Shown here piece after piece: positions 31,405 through 41,676 of a stretch of 64,000 nt of DNA. The position numbers and the translations under genes were made by a program. The notes beneath the pieces were generated by a model, which was given only the letters and a program-made list of their open reading frames with translations, had not been told where the DNA came from and searched no databases. The DNA comes from Candidatus Poseidoniaceae archaeon (lineage in GTDB: Archaea; Thermoplasmatota; Poseidoniia; Poseidoniales; Poseidoniaceae), in NCBI GenBank assembly GCA_938030705.1, contig CALHIR010000002.1, positions 2,515 to 66,514 of the forward strand. The letters are read 5' to 3'. Each line of letters begins with the position of its first letter. The first letter of the stretch is position 1.

Positions 31405-32760
31405 TCAATCTCCTGACGAACCGACCAGTGCCCGGGTCGTCGCCATGACGTCGGCAAACGAAGCGTCCGTGACGAAAAACGGGTCAATATCGGGAACCCT
31501 CGCCGCCGAGAAGCCCGCCTCATCCAACGCCGTAAACAACACTTCCATTTTCGGGGCTTGGCCGGTACCGGCCATGTTGGGCAGGTCGTCCATGTGGTAC
31601 AATGTGTGCTCCTTACTCATCAAATCGGCCGCTTCAGCGATGTACCGGACGCTACGCCGTAACTCTCGCTGAGCGTATTCTTGGTCCGCTTCGCTCCACA
31701 CCAGCCCCGCCTCCCGAAGAGTGAGAAGTTCGCTTTCGGAAGGCGAACACATCGCGACGGCTCGCTCTTGTGTCATGCGCCCGGCGATGTCTCGATTCCA
31801 AAGGGGGCCAATCCACAGAGGACCACTCGCTCGTTCCACTTCATCGGGTGACGGGTGGTGAACAAATTCGTAGGTGCCGTTGGCTGCTCGCACCCGCCAA
31901 CCCATGGAATCCAGCACATGGGAGGCGCCGTCTCGGCTCCGTCGAACCTTCACGCTGACACGGACATGGTGACCATCGAACAAGGCGAGGACCGGCTCGA
32001 TGCATCGGTCATGGCGAGCGGCTGTGGTGGCGATGAGGCCAAGAAGAACCCGAACGGCATCGTCGTGAGCATAACTGTCGACGATGCCTTTTGCCCCATA
32101 GCGCCGGTGTTGAGAAGAAGCGCTTGAGCCGGTGAGCGCTGCGGTATCGGTTGCGGTGACCTCCAGGAAAGCCGTGCGAGACAAGCCTTGAATGGCGGCG
32201 TCAAGAAAGTTCACGGGCGAGCCAAACGGGTCAAGGTCAACCCACTGATAAGCGGCTTCCATCAGGGCGATCCTCGCATCGTTTTGCATGATGAACAGTC
32301 CGTTGTGCATCCCGCCCTGGGGCGTTCGGTTGTAGCGGTCATCTTCGACGGCGTGACCGACGGAAATCAACGGGGGGTAGCGTTCGTGAGCGTGTTTCAG
32401 CTGTTCGAGGGCGACGTTGTCCAAGTCGTTGGCCGTGATACGGAGGCGCTCTTGATGTTCTGCTGGGATTTCGTTCCGCCAACGACGAACGCGAACACCG
32501 GTTGCACACAACGCATCCATCGCTCGCAAATCATGGTCTTCCTTGACCAGCCAGTGATGTTCCAGGGCATCGGCCAAGAGGAGAACCGAACGGGTTCGAG
32601 CGGGTGCCATGGCGGGATTGAGAAACCCAGGGCCCGTCCGTTTCGCTGGACCTCGAGGCATGTGCGTCGGGCGCTCTTGGTCGGCTCGCAGCTCGACCAG
32701 CGTCTTGCCTTCCATCCATAGATGCCCCGTCCCGTCGACTTCCGAACGGTCCTCGGCCAT
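31405..32760 (-). CDS. trm1: tRNA (guanine26-N2)-dimethyltransferase
   Basis: FLNPAMAPARTRSV, LDALCATGVRVRRW, VDLDPFGSP, LEVTATDTAALTG and GPLWIGPLWN match Trm1 blocks. The track ORF extends to 33162 across purM in another frame; the ATG at 32760 (MAEDRS...MEGKTLVEL) is the likely start. Confidence 0.8.
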   Translation of the reverse strand: MAEDRSEVDGTGHLWMEGKTLVELRADQERPTHMPRGPAKRTGPGFLNPAMAPARTRSVLLLADALEHHWLVKEDHDLRAMDALCATGVRVRRWRNEIPAEHQERLRITANDLDNVALEQLKHAHERYPPLISVGHAVEDDRYNRTPQGGMHNGLFIMQNDARIALMEAAYQWVDLDPFGSPVNFLDAAIQGLSRTAFLEVTATDTAALTGSSASSQHRRYGAKGIVDSYAHDDAVRVLLGLIATTAARHDRCIEPVLALFDGHHVRVSVKVRRSRDGASHVLDSMGWRVRAANGTYEFVHHPSPDEVERASGPLWIGPLWNRDIAGRMTQERAVAMCSPSESELLTLREAGLVWSEADQEYAQRELRRSVRYIAEAADLMSKEHTLYHMDDLPNMAGTGQAPKMEVLFTALDEAGFSAARVPDIDPFFVTDASFADVMATTRALVGSSGD

Positions 32761-32809
32761 GCACCTGCGAACACTCGCTCCCTCATGACCGCACCGCTGG
32801 GGCGCGGCC

Positions 32810-33970
32810 TTAGTAATGTGAAAATTCCACGCCCTCAATGGCGTGATTGACGCAGTGACCTTGGTTGTGCACATGGCCGACGATGGCCACACCTCCCATG
32901 CGTTCTTGGAGCCATGAGAGCACGGCATCGGCGCGTTCTGCCTCGACGGCGACGACCATGCCCATACCCATGTTGAACGTCCTGTACATTTCGCGCGTTT
33001 CAACCCCGCCAGCCGCTTGCAGCCACTCAAATTCAGGGAGCACGGGCAAAGGAGAGTGAATCTCCCATCCCAACGTGGGGTGAAGGCGAAGCAGGTTTGA
33101 CAGCCCACCGCCCGTGATGTGGCAGATGCCGTGAAGGTCGTTGATGGAAAACGCCCCGTCACCTCGGGCAGCGTTGAGAAGGTCGACCACCGGGTCGCAA
33201 TAAATGCGGGTTGGATTGAGCAAGATTTCGCCCAGCGTCGGCGCTCCCTCAGTCCATCGCATCAGCGTTCGAGCAGGGTGCTCAGCCTCAAAGGGCGCCG
33301 TGTCTGTGTAGGAGAGGCCTGCGTGTTCGATGATTTTGCGAACCAGTGAGTATCCGTTGGAGTGAATGCCCGAAGCCGGTAATCCGATGAGCGCATCGCC
33401 TTCCTTCAGGTGTTCCCCCGTAATGGCCTGTCCTTTGGGCAGCCACCCAAGGGCCGTCCCCGACAGGTCAAGTTCGGTCACGATGCCCGGCAAGGAGGCC
33501 GTTTCACCGCCCGCCAGGGTGACTCGGGCGAGGCGGCACGCTTCGGCCAACGAGGCACCGAGCGCAGCATGGATGGCCGGGTCAGGTTTTGGCACGGCGA
33601 CATAGTCGACAAAGGCGATGGGTTCGGCTCCAACACACAACAGGTCGTTGACGTTCATGGCCATGCAATCAATACCAACGCCGCCCCATTGTTGCAAGGC
33701 CGTGGCGATCTGAAGTTTGCTCCCTACTCCGTCGGTGGCGAGGGCGAGCAGGTTGTCGCCGAATTCAATCAATCCACCAAATCCGCCGGGGAGGTCCACC
33801 GGTGCTCCCGGGGTTCCGGGTTTGCGGACGCTCTTGGAAAGTGCACCGATAAGCGAAGCGACGGCCGAACCCTCGAGGTCGATGTCGACCCCTGCGCTGG
33901 CGTAGTCCATGGGTTCACTCATGATGCTTCCAACGGTCGGCGTTTCATGAAGGAATCGCTTCGGTCTCAA
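32810..33970 (-). CDS. purM: Phosphoribosylformylglycinamidine cyclo-ligase (AIR synthetase)
   Basis: AGVDIDLEGSAV...TDGVGSKL...NVNDLLCVGAEP...GGETASLPG...SGIHSNGYSLVRKI are all PurM hallmarks. Confidence 0.85.
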   Translation of the reverse strand: MRPKRFLHETPTVGSIMSEPMDYASAGVDIDLEGSAVASLIGALSKSVRKPGTPGAPVDLPGGFGGLIEFGDNLLALATDGVGSKLQIATALQQWGGVGIDCMAMNVNDLLCVGAEPIAFVDYVAVPKPDPAIHAALGASLAEACRLARVTLAGGETASLPGIVTELDLSGTALGWLPKGQAITGEHLKEGDALIGLPASGIHSNGYSLVRKIIEHAGLSYTDTAPFEAEHPARTLMRWTEGAPTLGEILLNPTRIYCDPVVDLLNAARGDGAFSINDLHGICHITGGGLSNLLRLHPTLGWEIHSPLPVLPEFEWLQAAGGVETREMYRTFNMGMGMVVAVEAERADAVLSWLQERMGGVAIVGHVHNQGHCVNHAIEGVEFSHY

Positions 33971-34575
33971 GCATCCATCACGAGGCGAGCCAAGGGCACC
34001 AAAGCCTCCAGACTCTGGTGAAGACGATGGCCGTCATCCACCACCTGAAGGGTGACGTGGTCAAGCCCCGTCGCCGCCTTTTCGCTGTTTGAAAGCGGCA
34101 CGACGTCGTCCAGTGAGCCGTGAAGAATGGCGGTCGGGTGCGGCAATTTTGGCCAAGCCAAATCCTGAACCGCTTCCATGAACGACCATTCCAAAACGAC
34201 GGGATCTTCCCATCCCGGCGGGTGAAACGCATGGCGACCCGTTTGCTGCCATGCCGCCATGGCGTCGTCACCCAGCGTTTTTGTGACCAATGCAGGGTAG
34301 CCAAAAGCGGGCGCGAGTAAGAGCAATCTCAGATTCAGGCCGGGACGCTGAGCTGCGGCGTTGGCCGTGGCCAGGCCTCCAAAGGACGAACCGATGAGGA
34401 CGTCAAATGGGCCTTCTTCGTCAATGACGTCCAACACCGCTTGCGTTTGGCTGGCTTGGTCCCACCCGTATTTTCGCATGTCAACGGTGACGACCTCCCA
34501 ACCCTGGGCGCGCATCCATGCTGCTTTGCTGCTGTCCGTGCTCGACCACAGGCCGTGGGCAAAGGTCACTCTCAT
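33967..34575 (-). CDS. Alpha/beta-hydrolase esterase (YqiA/UPF0227-like)
   Basis: 202 aa; nucleophile elbow GSSFGG; overall YqiA-like layout. Confidence 0.6.
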   Translation of the reverse strand: MRVTFAHGLWSSTDSSKAAWMRAQGWEVVTVDMRKYGWDQASQTQAVLDVIDEEGPFDVLIGSSFGGLATANAAAQRPGLNLRLLLLAPAFGYPALVTKTLGDDAMAAWQQTGRHAFHPPGWEDPVVLEWSFMEAVQDLAWPKLPHPTAILHGSLDDVVPLSNSEKAATGLDHVTLQVVDDGHRLHQSLEALVPLARLVMDA

Positions 34576-34764
34576 GGAGGAAACTTGAGGCCTACGCTAC
34601 AAGGATTCTTCGCCCTTCGGTGTTTTCCACATGATGCTACCTCAACAGCAAACCATGCGTCTGCACGACCGCCTTCTTCCAGTGGAAACCAAGGGGTGCT
34701 CTCTTTCGCGAAGAATCATTATATTGCTTCGCCAATGTTGTTCCGTGTCCCGGCGGTGAACATC

Positions 34765-36894
34765 ATGTCTGCGATTCAAGAATTTGACCTCCCCGCCCGC
34801 TGGACCTCCCTGCTTCAGGACAAGTACTCCGAGGCCATCCACAACCTCGCCAAAATGTGGCCGGACGAAGGCTCTTTGGAAGTCTCTTACCGAGAAGTCG
34901 AGGGCTATGACCACGAATTCGCTCAAGACATTCTGGCCAACCCCGACCATCACTTCCGGGCTGCCAATCAAGCCCTCCGTCAATTTCTCCTCGACGCAGG
35001 AGAAGGGAACTTGATGCCCTTTGTTCGCGTCATCCACCTTCCGAGCGATCAAGTACGCACCGTCTCCCAACTCAGGGCCGATGACATTGGCCGACTGATT
35101 GCCATCGATGCGGTGACGACGAAAATCACCGGGGTTCGCCCTCGTCTGTATACGGCGGTGTTCAAGTGCGCTGCTTGCGACCACGAGATGGACATCAACC
35201 AGCCCAACGAACAAGAACTCATCGAACCGATTGAATGTTCACAAATCGATGGTGGATGCGGCCGGCCTAAACGGCAAACTCGCTTCTTCCTTATGCAGCA
35301 AGAATCCCATCTCATCAACTCCCAATTCATTGAACTGCAAGAACTTCCTGAACAAATGAAAGGTGGCATCCAGCCTGAACGCATCTTGTGCATCGGTGAG
35401 CAGGACCTTGCTGGGCGCCTCAACCCCGGCGATCGTGTCAAAGCAAACGGTGTGTTGTTCATTCGCTCGCAACGAAAAGGGGGCAAGGATACGCCGGTGT
35501 TTGACATCTTTCTCCGCATTCACTCGCTCGAGCGTCAGAACATTCCGCTGGAAGAAATCGTCATCTCCGAGGAAGAGGAGAACGAAATCAAGGAAATTGC
35601 TCGCTCGGAAGACGTTTACGACCTGCTCACGCGCAGCATTGCCCCCTCCATCTTCGGAATGGAGCGCATCAAGGAATCGCTCATGCTCCAGCTCTTTGGT
35701 GGCGAGGCTCAAGTCAACGAGGACGGAACGCGCAATCGAGGCGACATTCATATTTTGTTGATGGGCGACCCCGGTGTGGCGAAATCCCAACTCCTCCATT
35801 ACATGTCAACCATTTCACCCCGAGGCCGGTTTGCTTCAGGGCAATCCGCCTCGGCAGCCGGTTTGACGGCGGCCGCGGTGCAGGATGCTGCAGCGGATGG
35901 CCGATGGACGCTGGAGGCTGGGGCGCTGGTCTTGGCCGATTTGGGGCTTGCCGCCATTGACGAATTCGACAAAATGAACACGGCTGACCGCTCCAGCATG
36001 CACGAAGCCATGGAGCAGCAGAGCATTTCCATTTCCAAGGCCGGCATCAACGCCAGTCTCCGCACTCGGTGTGCTGTTCTCGCGGCTGCCAACCCAACCA
36101 GCGGTCGATTTCAACCGGTCAGCGACGTTCCGTTCACGTCCCAAATCAATCTGGCGCCTCCGTTGATTTCTCGGTTCGACATCATCTGGTTGTTGACCGA
36201 CGCGGCCGACGAGTCACGAGATGAAAAAATCGCTTCGCACATCATTGAAAACCGACTCAAAGGCAGCAGCGAACTGCTCGTCAAGGAGGGCACGATCCCC
36301 GATCCTGCTAAATCGTCATCTACGCGAAAGGAAGCGAAGAAGGTCGACGGGAAATACACCATTCTACCTCGAGAGATCTTGCGCAAATACGTTGCCTATT
36401 CCAAGCGCACCTTCCATCCGAAACTGGACAAAGAGGCCAAAGAGAAAATCGTGGCCTACTACGTCCAAACTCGAAAGCAAGGCGGAGAATCCGAAGACAG
36501 CGTAGCCATCACGGCTCGGTCCTTGGAAGCGCTGTCCCGTTTGGCTGAAGCGAGCGCCCGTATTCGCTTGCAAGAAATCGCCACGGCCGAGGACGCCGAC
36601 CGAGCCATCCGCTTGACCAAAACGTGGCGGCACGAACTCATGGGCGAGAACTTTGACATCACGACCATCGAATCCGGCAAGAAGGGCAAGGTTCGAAATC
36701 AGGAGAAAATCATCATCGATATCGTCTCAGTGCTGCAAAACGATTCGGGTACATCGGCAAATTTGCTCGATGTCTTGACCGAAGCCGAACGGCGTGATAT
36801 TCCGCGAAGCAAGGCCGAGGACATCATCGACAAGTTGTGTCGGGACGGTCGCATGATGCGACCGTCGGGCTACGATACCCTACAGGTTGTTTGA
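34765..36894 (+). CDS. mcm: Minichromosome maintenance replicative helicase, no intein
   Basis: Zn-finger CAACDHEM...C...CGRP. Walker A GDPGVAKSQLL. Walker B IDEFDKM. Arg-finger SRFD. The track ORF starts at 34441 and overlaps the minus-strand esterase; ATG 34765 (MSAIQEF...) gives a canonical ~709 aa. Confidence 0.85.
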   Translation: MSAIQEFDLPARWTSLLQDKYSEAIHNLAKMWPDEGSLEVSYREVEGYDHEFAQDILANPDHHFRAANQALRQFLLDAGEGNLMPFVRVIHLPSDQVRTVSQLRADDIGRLIAIDAVTTKITGVRPRLYTAVFKCAACDHEMDINQPNEQELIEPIECSQIDGGCGRPKRQTRFFLMQQESHLINSQFIELQELPEQMKGGIQPERILCIGEQDLAGRLNPGDRVKANGVLFIRSQRKGGKDTPVFDIFLRIHSLERQNIPLEEIVISEEEENEIKEIARSEDVYDLLTRSIAPSIFGMERIKESLMLQLFGGEAQVNEDGTRNRGDIHILLMGDPGVAKSQLLHYMSTISPRGRFASGQSASAAGLTAAAVQDAAADGRWTLEAGALVLADLGLAAIDEFDKMNTADRSSMHEAMEQQSISISKAGINASLRTRCAVLAAANPTSGRFQPVSDVPFTSQINLAPPLISRFDIIWLLTDAADESRDEKIASHIIENRLKGSSELLVKEGTIPDPAKSSSTRKEAKKVDGKYTILPREILRKYVAYSKRTFHPKLDKEAKEKIVAYYVQTRKQGGESEDSVAITARSLEALSRLAEASARIRLQEIATAEDADRAIRLTKTWRHELMGENFDITTIESGKKGKVRNQEKIIIDIVSVLQNDSGTSANLLDVLTEAERRDIPRSKAEDIIDKLCRDGRMMRPSGYDTLQVV

Positions 36895-36936
36895 GTTTCA
36901 ATCAAGGGTCGTGCTCATGAAGGGTGAGCGCCTCGG

Positions 36937-38961
36937 ATGACCATGGCCGATGAACCGCAAGGCGACGTCCATCGTTCCTCGGGTTTGGACCCGGAACAAT
37001 TGGGCTTCATGTGCGGTATTGAGGTGCACCAGCAATTGGCGACTGGCAAACTTCATTCGAGGCAAAGCGGCGAACTTTACGACATCACCGTTGACACCCT
37101 CCCCGAAGATTGGCCACGTTTTGAGCGCCGGCTGCGTGCCAGCCGTGGCGAAGGCGGTGCTGTGGACGTTGCAGCACGTTTTGAGTCCAAGCGAAACCGG
37201 ACCTTTGTCTATGCTCAATCGCCCAATGCCGGGCTGATTGAATTGGATGAACAACCCCCGCTGGCTCTGGACGAAAACGCCCTTGACATCACCCTAACCG
37301 TCGCCGCCCTCCTCAAATCCAAACCGGTTTCGCTGATTCAAACGATGCGAAAAACCGTCGTGGACGGTTCGAACACGAGTGGGTTCCAGCGCACCTCCCT
37401 CATCGCGACCGACGGGGTGTTGGAGACCGAAGAAGGGACGGTGGGTGTTGACGTCGTTTGCCTGGAAGAGGACAGCGCTCGTAAACTCGATACCGTCGCC
37501 ACCAGTCACGGTCAACAAGTTTTGTACAACCTCGACCGATTGGGCTTGCCGTTGATCGAAATTGCGACTTCGCCCGACGTGGTCTCGCCCGACCATGCCA
37601 AAATCACCGCGATGGCGCTTGGGCGTGTCCTTCGTCAAACACGACGCGTTCGCCGCGGTCTCGGCAGCATTCGTCAGGACCTCAACGTCTCCATCGGTGC
37701 AGGTGATCGTGTGGAAATCAAGGGCTGCCAAGACCTCAATTGGATTCCTCAAATCATTCGCCTTGAGATGGCGCGCCAGCTCCATTTCTATCGGCTGGCT
37801 AACGAACTCAGGACGGAATTGGGACTCCCTCCTCTCCCCCCACATCGAGACCTCGATGACTCGGGCGTTGAAACGAAGGTAGCGCAAGCCGTCCATGACC
37901 ATCTGCCTCTGGCGTTGCACGATGTCACCTCGGTGTTTGCTGGTACTTCGTCGGGGATGATCGTTGACGGGTTGGCCTCCGGGTCGGTGATGATGGCCCT
38001 CTCGCTCAAGGGTTTGCTCGGGAAGTTGGGAACGAAAAGACTCGATGAGGACGGCGCCCAACTCCCCCGACTCGGTCGAGAACTGGCTGGGGCAGCAAAA
38101 CTTGCGGGCGTCAAAGGCATCTTCCACGCCGATGAACTGCCGGCTTACGGTATCACGGCCGATGAAGTTGACGGAGTACGCTCTGAACTGCGTCTTGATG
38201 AAGGCGACGCCTTTGTCCTGTGTTGCGCTCCCGATTGGCAAGCCACCTTGGCTCTTGAAGCCGTGCTCGGGCGCGCTCGAATGGCCTGGCACCGAATCCC
38301 CCAGGAAGTTCGAAACGTGGTGGTCAAGAAAGGCGCCCCTGAAGACGGCACCACCGCCCCCATGCGGCCGTTGCCGGGCCGTTCTCGGATGTACCCCGAA
38401 ACGGATGTCCCTCCCCAACCGCTGGCCGCCGAGGCATGGCAAACTGTACTCGAAACGCTGCCCATGTCGGACAGCGCCCGAACGGAACGACTGGTTTCTT
38501 ACGATGTTTCAACCGATCAATCTGACCAGTTGTTGGCCCGAGAACTCGACGACATTTTCTGTGAACACGCCGAAGGTTTGCCCGCCAAAGCCTGGGCTGC
38601 TCTGCTGTTGAATCACGATGAGGAACACCCAGAGACGCTTGCTGGAATTTTGGCGCTGCGTGAAGCAGGCCACCTCTCACGGGACCACATGGAACGAATC
38701 ATCGCCGCCCACCAAGGGCGTCGCGTTTCTATGGAGGATCTCAAAGCCTTCTGCGAGGAGCACGATCTCGCACCGGCCGATATCGGTGGCTTGGAAGAGG
38801 TCATCAACGGTATCATCGCCGAGCGTTTGGACTTTGTCAAGGAGCGCGGCATGGGCGCCATGGGCCCGTTGATGGGCGTGGTGATGCAGGCGGCAGGTGG
38901 AGCTGACGGAAAGGAAGTCAGTGCCTTGCTTCGGGCTGCCATTCAAGCCGTGTTGGAGTGA
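36937..38961 (+). CDS. gatE: Glutamyl-tRNA(Gln) amidotransferase subunit E
   Basis: GIEVHQQLATGKL, RQDLNVSIGAGDRVEIKGCQDL and a C-terminal GatB/YqeY-like domain. 674 aa. Confidence 0.8.
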   Translation: MTMADEPQGDVHRSSGLDPEQLGFMCGIEVHQQLATGKLHSRQSGELYDITVDTLPEDWPRFERRLRASRGEGGAVDVAARFESKRNRTFVYAQSPNAGLIELDEQPPLALDENALDITLTVAALLKSKPVSLIQTMRKTVVDGSNTSGFQRTSLIATDGVLETEEGTVGVDVVCLEEDSARKLDTVATSHGQQVLYNLDRLGLPLIEIATSPDVVSPDHAKITAMALGRVLRQTRRVRRGLGSIRQDLNVSIGAGDRVEIKGCQDLNWIPQIIRLEMARQLHFYRLANELRTELGLPPLPPHRDLDDSGVETKVAQAVHDHLPLALHDVTSVFAGTSSGMIVDGLASGSVMMALSLKGLLGKLGTKRLDEDGAQLPRLGRELAGAAKLAGVKGIFHADELPAYGITADEVDGVRSELRLDEGDAFVLCCAPDWQATLALEAVLGRARMAWHRIPQEVRNVVVKKGAPEDGTTAPMRPLPGRSRMYPETDVPPQPLAAEAWQTVLETLPMSDSARTERLVSYDVSTDQSDQLLARELDDIFCEHAEGLPAKAWAALLLNHDEEHPETLAGILALREAGHLSRDHMERIIAAHQGRRVSMEDLKAFCEEHDLAPADIGGLEEVINGIIAERLDFVKERGMGAMGPLMGVVMQAAGGADGKEVSALLRAAIQAVLE

Positions 38962-38967
38962 GGTCAA

Positions 38968-40623
38968 ATGAGGCGTTTTGCGCTTCTGTGTTCGCTGCTG
39001 TTCGCAGCACTTCTTCTCCCCACAGGAACGGCCTCAGCGTCAATGAACTGGTCGGTTGATCTCGGGCCGGGGTACATCACGACCTCGCCGGTGGTTGACG
39101 AAAACCGTGTTTACGTTCGCACCTCCGGGTTCTGGACGGGAAGCGAGCGTCCCGAGGTCAAAGCCTTCTCCCATGACGGTTCCCTGGTGTGGACGTATCG
39201 AAGCGAAACCACGACCCAACACGACATGGCCCCTTTGCTGCTCAAGAGCGGTGGAACCGGTGCTTGCGGCTCATGGCCCGACCTCCTTCTCGTGGGCTGG
39301 GCCAACGGTGATTTTTTGGCTCTTCACCCTTCGAACGGTACGCAGGTCTGGAACCTCAGCACCCCCGTTGAGGGGTGGGGCATCACCGGTGCACCTTTGC
39401 TTGAGGATGACCACGTGGTGGTGCCCACCAGAAAGGGCATGATGCGCTTGTGTCTTGCCGACGGGGAGGTGGATTTCTCAGTGAACCTCAGCTTGGGTTG
39501 GCGGAATGGAATCACCTTCGCAGATGGCTCCTACTGGACGGGCAGTGAAACGGGCCATCTTTGGCAGGTGGACGCCGATGGCAACACCGTGAACAGTCAC
39601 AACCTTTCAGGAAAACTCCGCCACGCCCCGCTTCAACTCGGCCACCGACTGTTATTACACGTTCAACACACCACTTCAAGCACAATTCAGACGTACAACC
39701 TGACCTCGGGCGTGATTGACGACATCCACGCTTCCGGAGGTGCACCAGCCCTTCCCTTGCTGATGGGCGAGACGGTCGTATTCGGTGATAACGACGGCTT
39801 GACCACCGTGCGCTGCGATGCCGTCTGCTCGGTCATTGACCGGTTGGCAACCAAAGTGAACGGTGAGATGGCGAGCACGTCGCCGCTCGAATTCTACGCC
39901 CCGGTGAATGCACCCGATGAGGGGTGGATGGTTGTTCAACTCAATGCCACGGGATGGATGGTTCAGGCGGGAACCTACTCAACACCGCACGACGGCTACG
40001 GAACTTCTTCTCCGGCGATGGTTGATGGATGGTTGTTCCTTGGAAACGACGCCGGCGTCCTCATGGCCTACGCTTCCCTTTCGCCGCCGGTTGAATCCAC
40101 GCCGACCAACCAACAGAACGGATGGTCCCTTCTGGGCATGATGGGCCTTGCGTTGGCTCTGGGAGGTTCTTCTCGGTTGGCTCGAGGAGGGCAATTCTCC
40201 GCTGCTTGGCGCCTGTTCTCGTTAACGGTGTTGGCGGTCGCCTTGCTGATGCTCCCGGAGGTTGCTCAGACGTGGAGTGCTACCTTGGCCGAAGACACTG
40301 CACCCGTTTCAACGGAATGGAATGAATCATGGCCAGCGGCATGGCAGGGCACACAAATCGTGGTGTTTGAACTCCCTGAAGGAACACTTGCCGTTGGCGG
40401 CTTGGTCGGTCACGCCAACGTTTGGACATTAACTCAAGAGGCCGCGCAGAAGCATAACCTTCCGCTCGCTACGGAAGAAACCGGTCTTGGCCTCTATCTG
40501 CTTTCCATCAACGAAACAGAAGGTTCTGGGTGGGAGTATTTCCTCAACGGGGAACGAGGGGCGTTGGCTGTGGACGATGCCTCCATTGATTCAACCGTTG
40601 TTGTACGGTGGAGCCTTGCCTGA
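38968..40623 (+). CDS. PQQ-like beta-propeller repeat protein, secreted, with C-terminal TM helices
   Basis: Signal peptide, then repeated ...G.L.A....G..VW... PQQ/BamB-like blades. Two hydrophobic helices near the C-terminus. Confidence 0.65.
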   Translation: MRRFALLCSLLFAALLLPTGTASASMNWSVDLGPGYITTSPVVDENRVYVRTSGFWTGSERPEVKAFSHDGSLVWTYRSETTTQHDMAPLLLKSGGTGACGSWPDLLLVGWANGDFLALHPSNGTQVWNLSTPVEGWGITGAPLLEDDHVVVPTRKGMMRLCLADGEVDFSVNLSLGWRNGITFADGSYWTGSETGHLWQVDADGNTVNSHNLSGKLRHAPLQLGHRLLLHVQHTTSSTIQTYNLTSGVIDDIHASGGAPALPLLMGETVVFGDNDGLTTVRCDAVCSVIDRLATKVNGEMASTSPLEFYAPVNAPDEGWMVVQLNATGWMVQAGTYSTPHDGYGTSSPAMVDGWLFLGNDAGVLMAYASLSPPVESTPTNQQNGWSLLGMMGLALALGGSSRLARGGQFSAAWRLFSLTVLAVALLMLPEVAQTWSATLAEDTAPVSTEWNESWPAAWQGTQIVVFELPEGTLAVGGLVGHANVWTLTQEAAQKHNLPLATEETGLGLYLLSINETEGSGWEYFLNGERGALAVDDASIDSTVVVRWSLA

Positions 40624-40664
40624 TGGTGGGAATGCTCAAGGCGGTCACCCTTCTCGGATAGGAC

Positions 40665-41324
40665 ATGTTCCAAGCCCTCGGTGTCCACGGTCCCGTGCTG
40701 ACGCCTCTCGCAAGTGCATTGGTGGACATCACGCTGGTTAGCGTCGCGTTTGCCTTCTTCCTCAGTGGCTCCCGCACCAACCGCATGACGATGGGGATGT
40801 TGGCCACCATGGTCGTTGGTATGGCGGCGTTGCGGGTGTTCATGCAACCGCTTCCCAACGTGCAACCGCTCACGGTGGCGGCCCTTCTGGTCGGCGCCCA
40901 CCTCGGAATTCGACGGGGCGTGGCGTTTGCAATTCTCGCCACGCTGCTGTCCAACCTGCTCATCAGCCACGGCTGGTGGACGCTCTTCCAAGCCGCAGGT
41001 TGGTCGCTCATCGCCTTCATCGGCGCCCGAGCAAACATCGTTCATAACGGGGAACTCAAACTCCAGCGACTGGCACTCGTCTCCGTTTTCTCCGCCATGG
41101 TGTTTGGTCTTGTATCCACGCTCTCGCTTGTGACCTTGTCGATGACGCCTTCTGCCTTCATGCTCTTGATCGCTCAAGGTTTACCCTTCGACGTCGTCCA
41201 CGCTCTTGGAAACCTCGCCTTCGTGGTTTGGATGGCCCCCTCCCTTCACCAGTTCCTCAGCGGATTAGCGGTATCGGAGAACGAATCGCTTGCGGTTGGT
41301 GAGGTCCATGGCATCGATGCATGA
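40665..41324 (+). CDS. Polytopic membrane protein (ECF-transporter S-component-like)
   Basis: 219 aa with 5-6 TM helices and no soluble domain. Confidence 0.45.
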   Translation: MFQALGVHGPVLTPLASALVDITLVSVAFAFFLSGSRTNRMTMGMLATMVVGMAALRVFMQPLPNVQPLTVAALLVGAHLGIRRGVAFAILATLLSNLLISHGWWTLFQAAGWSLIAFIGARANIVHNGELKLQRLALVSVFSAMVFGLVSTLSLVTLSMTPSAFMLLIAQGLPFDVVHALGNLAFVVWMAPSLHQFLSGLAVSENESLAVGEVHGIDA

Positions 41325-41334
41325 CGCGCCGACC

Positions 41335-41664
41335 ATGGCCCTCATCGTCCGACAAGATCTGGCGCTGAGCACGGGTAAAATCGCAGCCCAATGCGCCCAT
41401 GCGGCCGTAGAAGTCGTCCGTGCAGCACGCCGAACCCGCCTCCTGGAACGCTGGCGCGCTGGAGGTTCGCGGAAGATTGTCCTCGCAGCCGAAGACCTCG
41501 ATGCGCTACGCGAACTCCACGCCTCCATCCCCTCGGCCTGCCACGCCCATCTTGTGACGGATGCTGGCCGCACCGAAATCCCAGCTGGGACGGTGACCGT
41601 GCTCGGCCTTCTCGGCCCACGACGCACCATGGACACCTTGGTTCGTCATTTGAAAACACTTTGA
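41335..41664 (+). CDS. pth2: Peptidyl-tRNA hydrolase, PTH2 family (paralog 1)
   Basis: MALIVRQDLALSTGKIAAQCAHAAV matches the PTH2 N-terminal signature. ~110 aa. Confidence 0.8.
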   Translation: MALIVRQDLALSTGKIAAQCAHAAVEVVRAARRTRLLERWRAGGSRKIVLAAEDLDALRELHASIPSACHAHLVTDAGRTEIPAGTVTVLGLLGPRRTMDTLVRHLKTL

Positions 41665-41676
41665 GGAGATGGTTAG

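Noticed and set aside
32761-33162. N-terminal 134-aa extension of the trm1 ORF overlapping purM
   Set aside because: It overlaps purM in another frame. The Trm1 homology begins at MEGKTLVEL, just after ATG 32760.
34441-34764. N-terminal 108-aa extension of the MCM ORF
   Set aside because: It overlaps the minus-strand esterase, is Pro/Ala/Arg-rich and unlike any MCM N-terminus. ATG 34765 gives a canonical MCM.
34576-34764. 190-nt region upstream of mcm as a replication origin (ORB repeats)
   Set aside because: I could not find repeated ORB-like elements or an AT-rich DUE. Only an ordinary TATA-like box (aatcattatattgc) is present, and archaeal origins are usually next to cdc6/orc1, which is absent here.
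34765-36894. Intein in MCM
   Set aside because: The protein is ~709 aa with contiguous Walker A, Walker B and arginine finger. There is no insertion and no Cys/Ser...HN splice junction.
37294-38442. 382-aa minus-strand ORF inside gatE
   Set aside because: It is antisense to conserved GatE blocks, so it is a shadow ORF.
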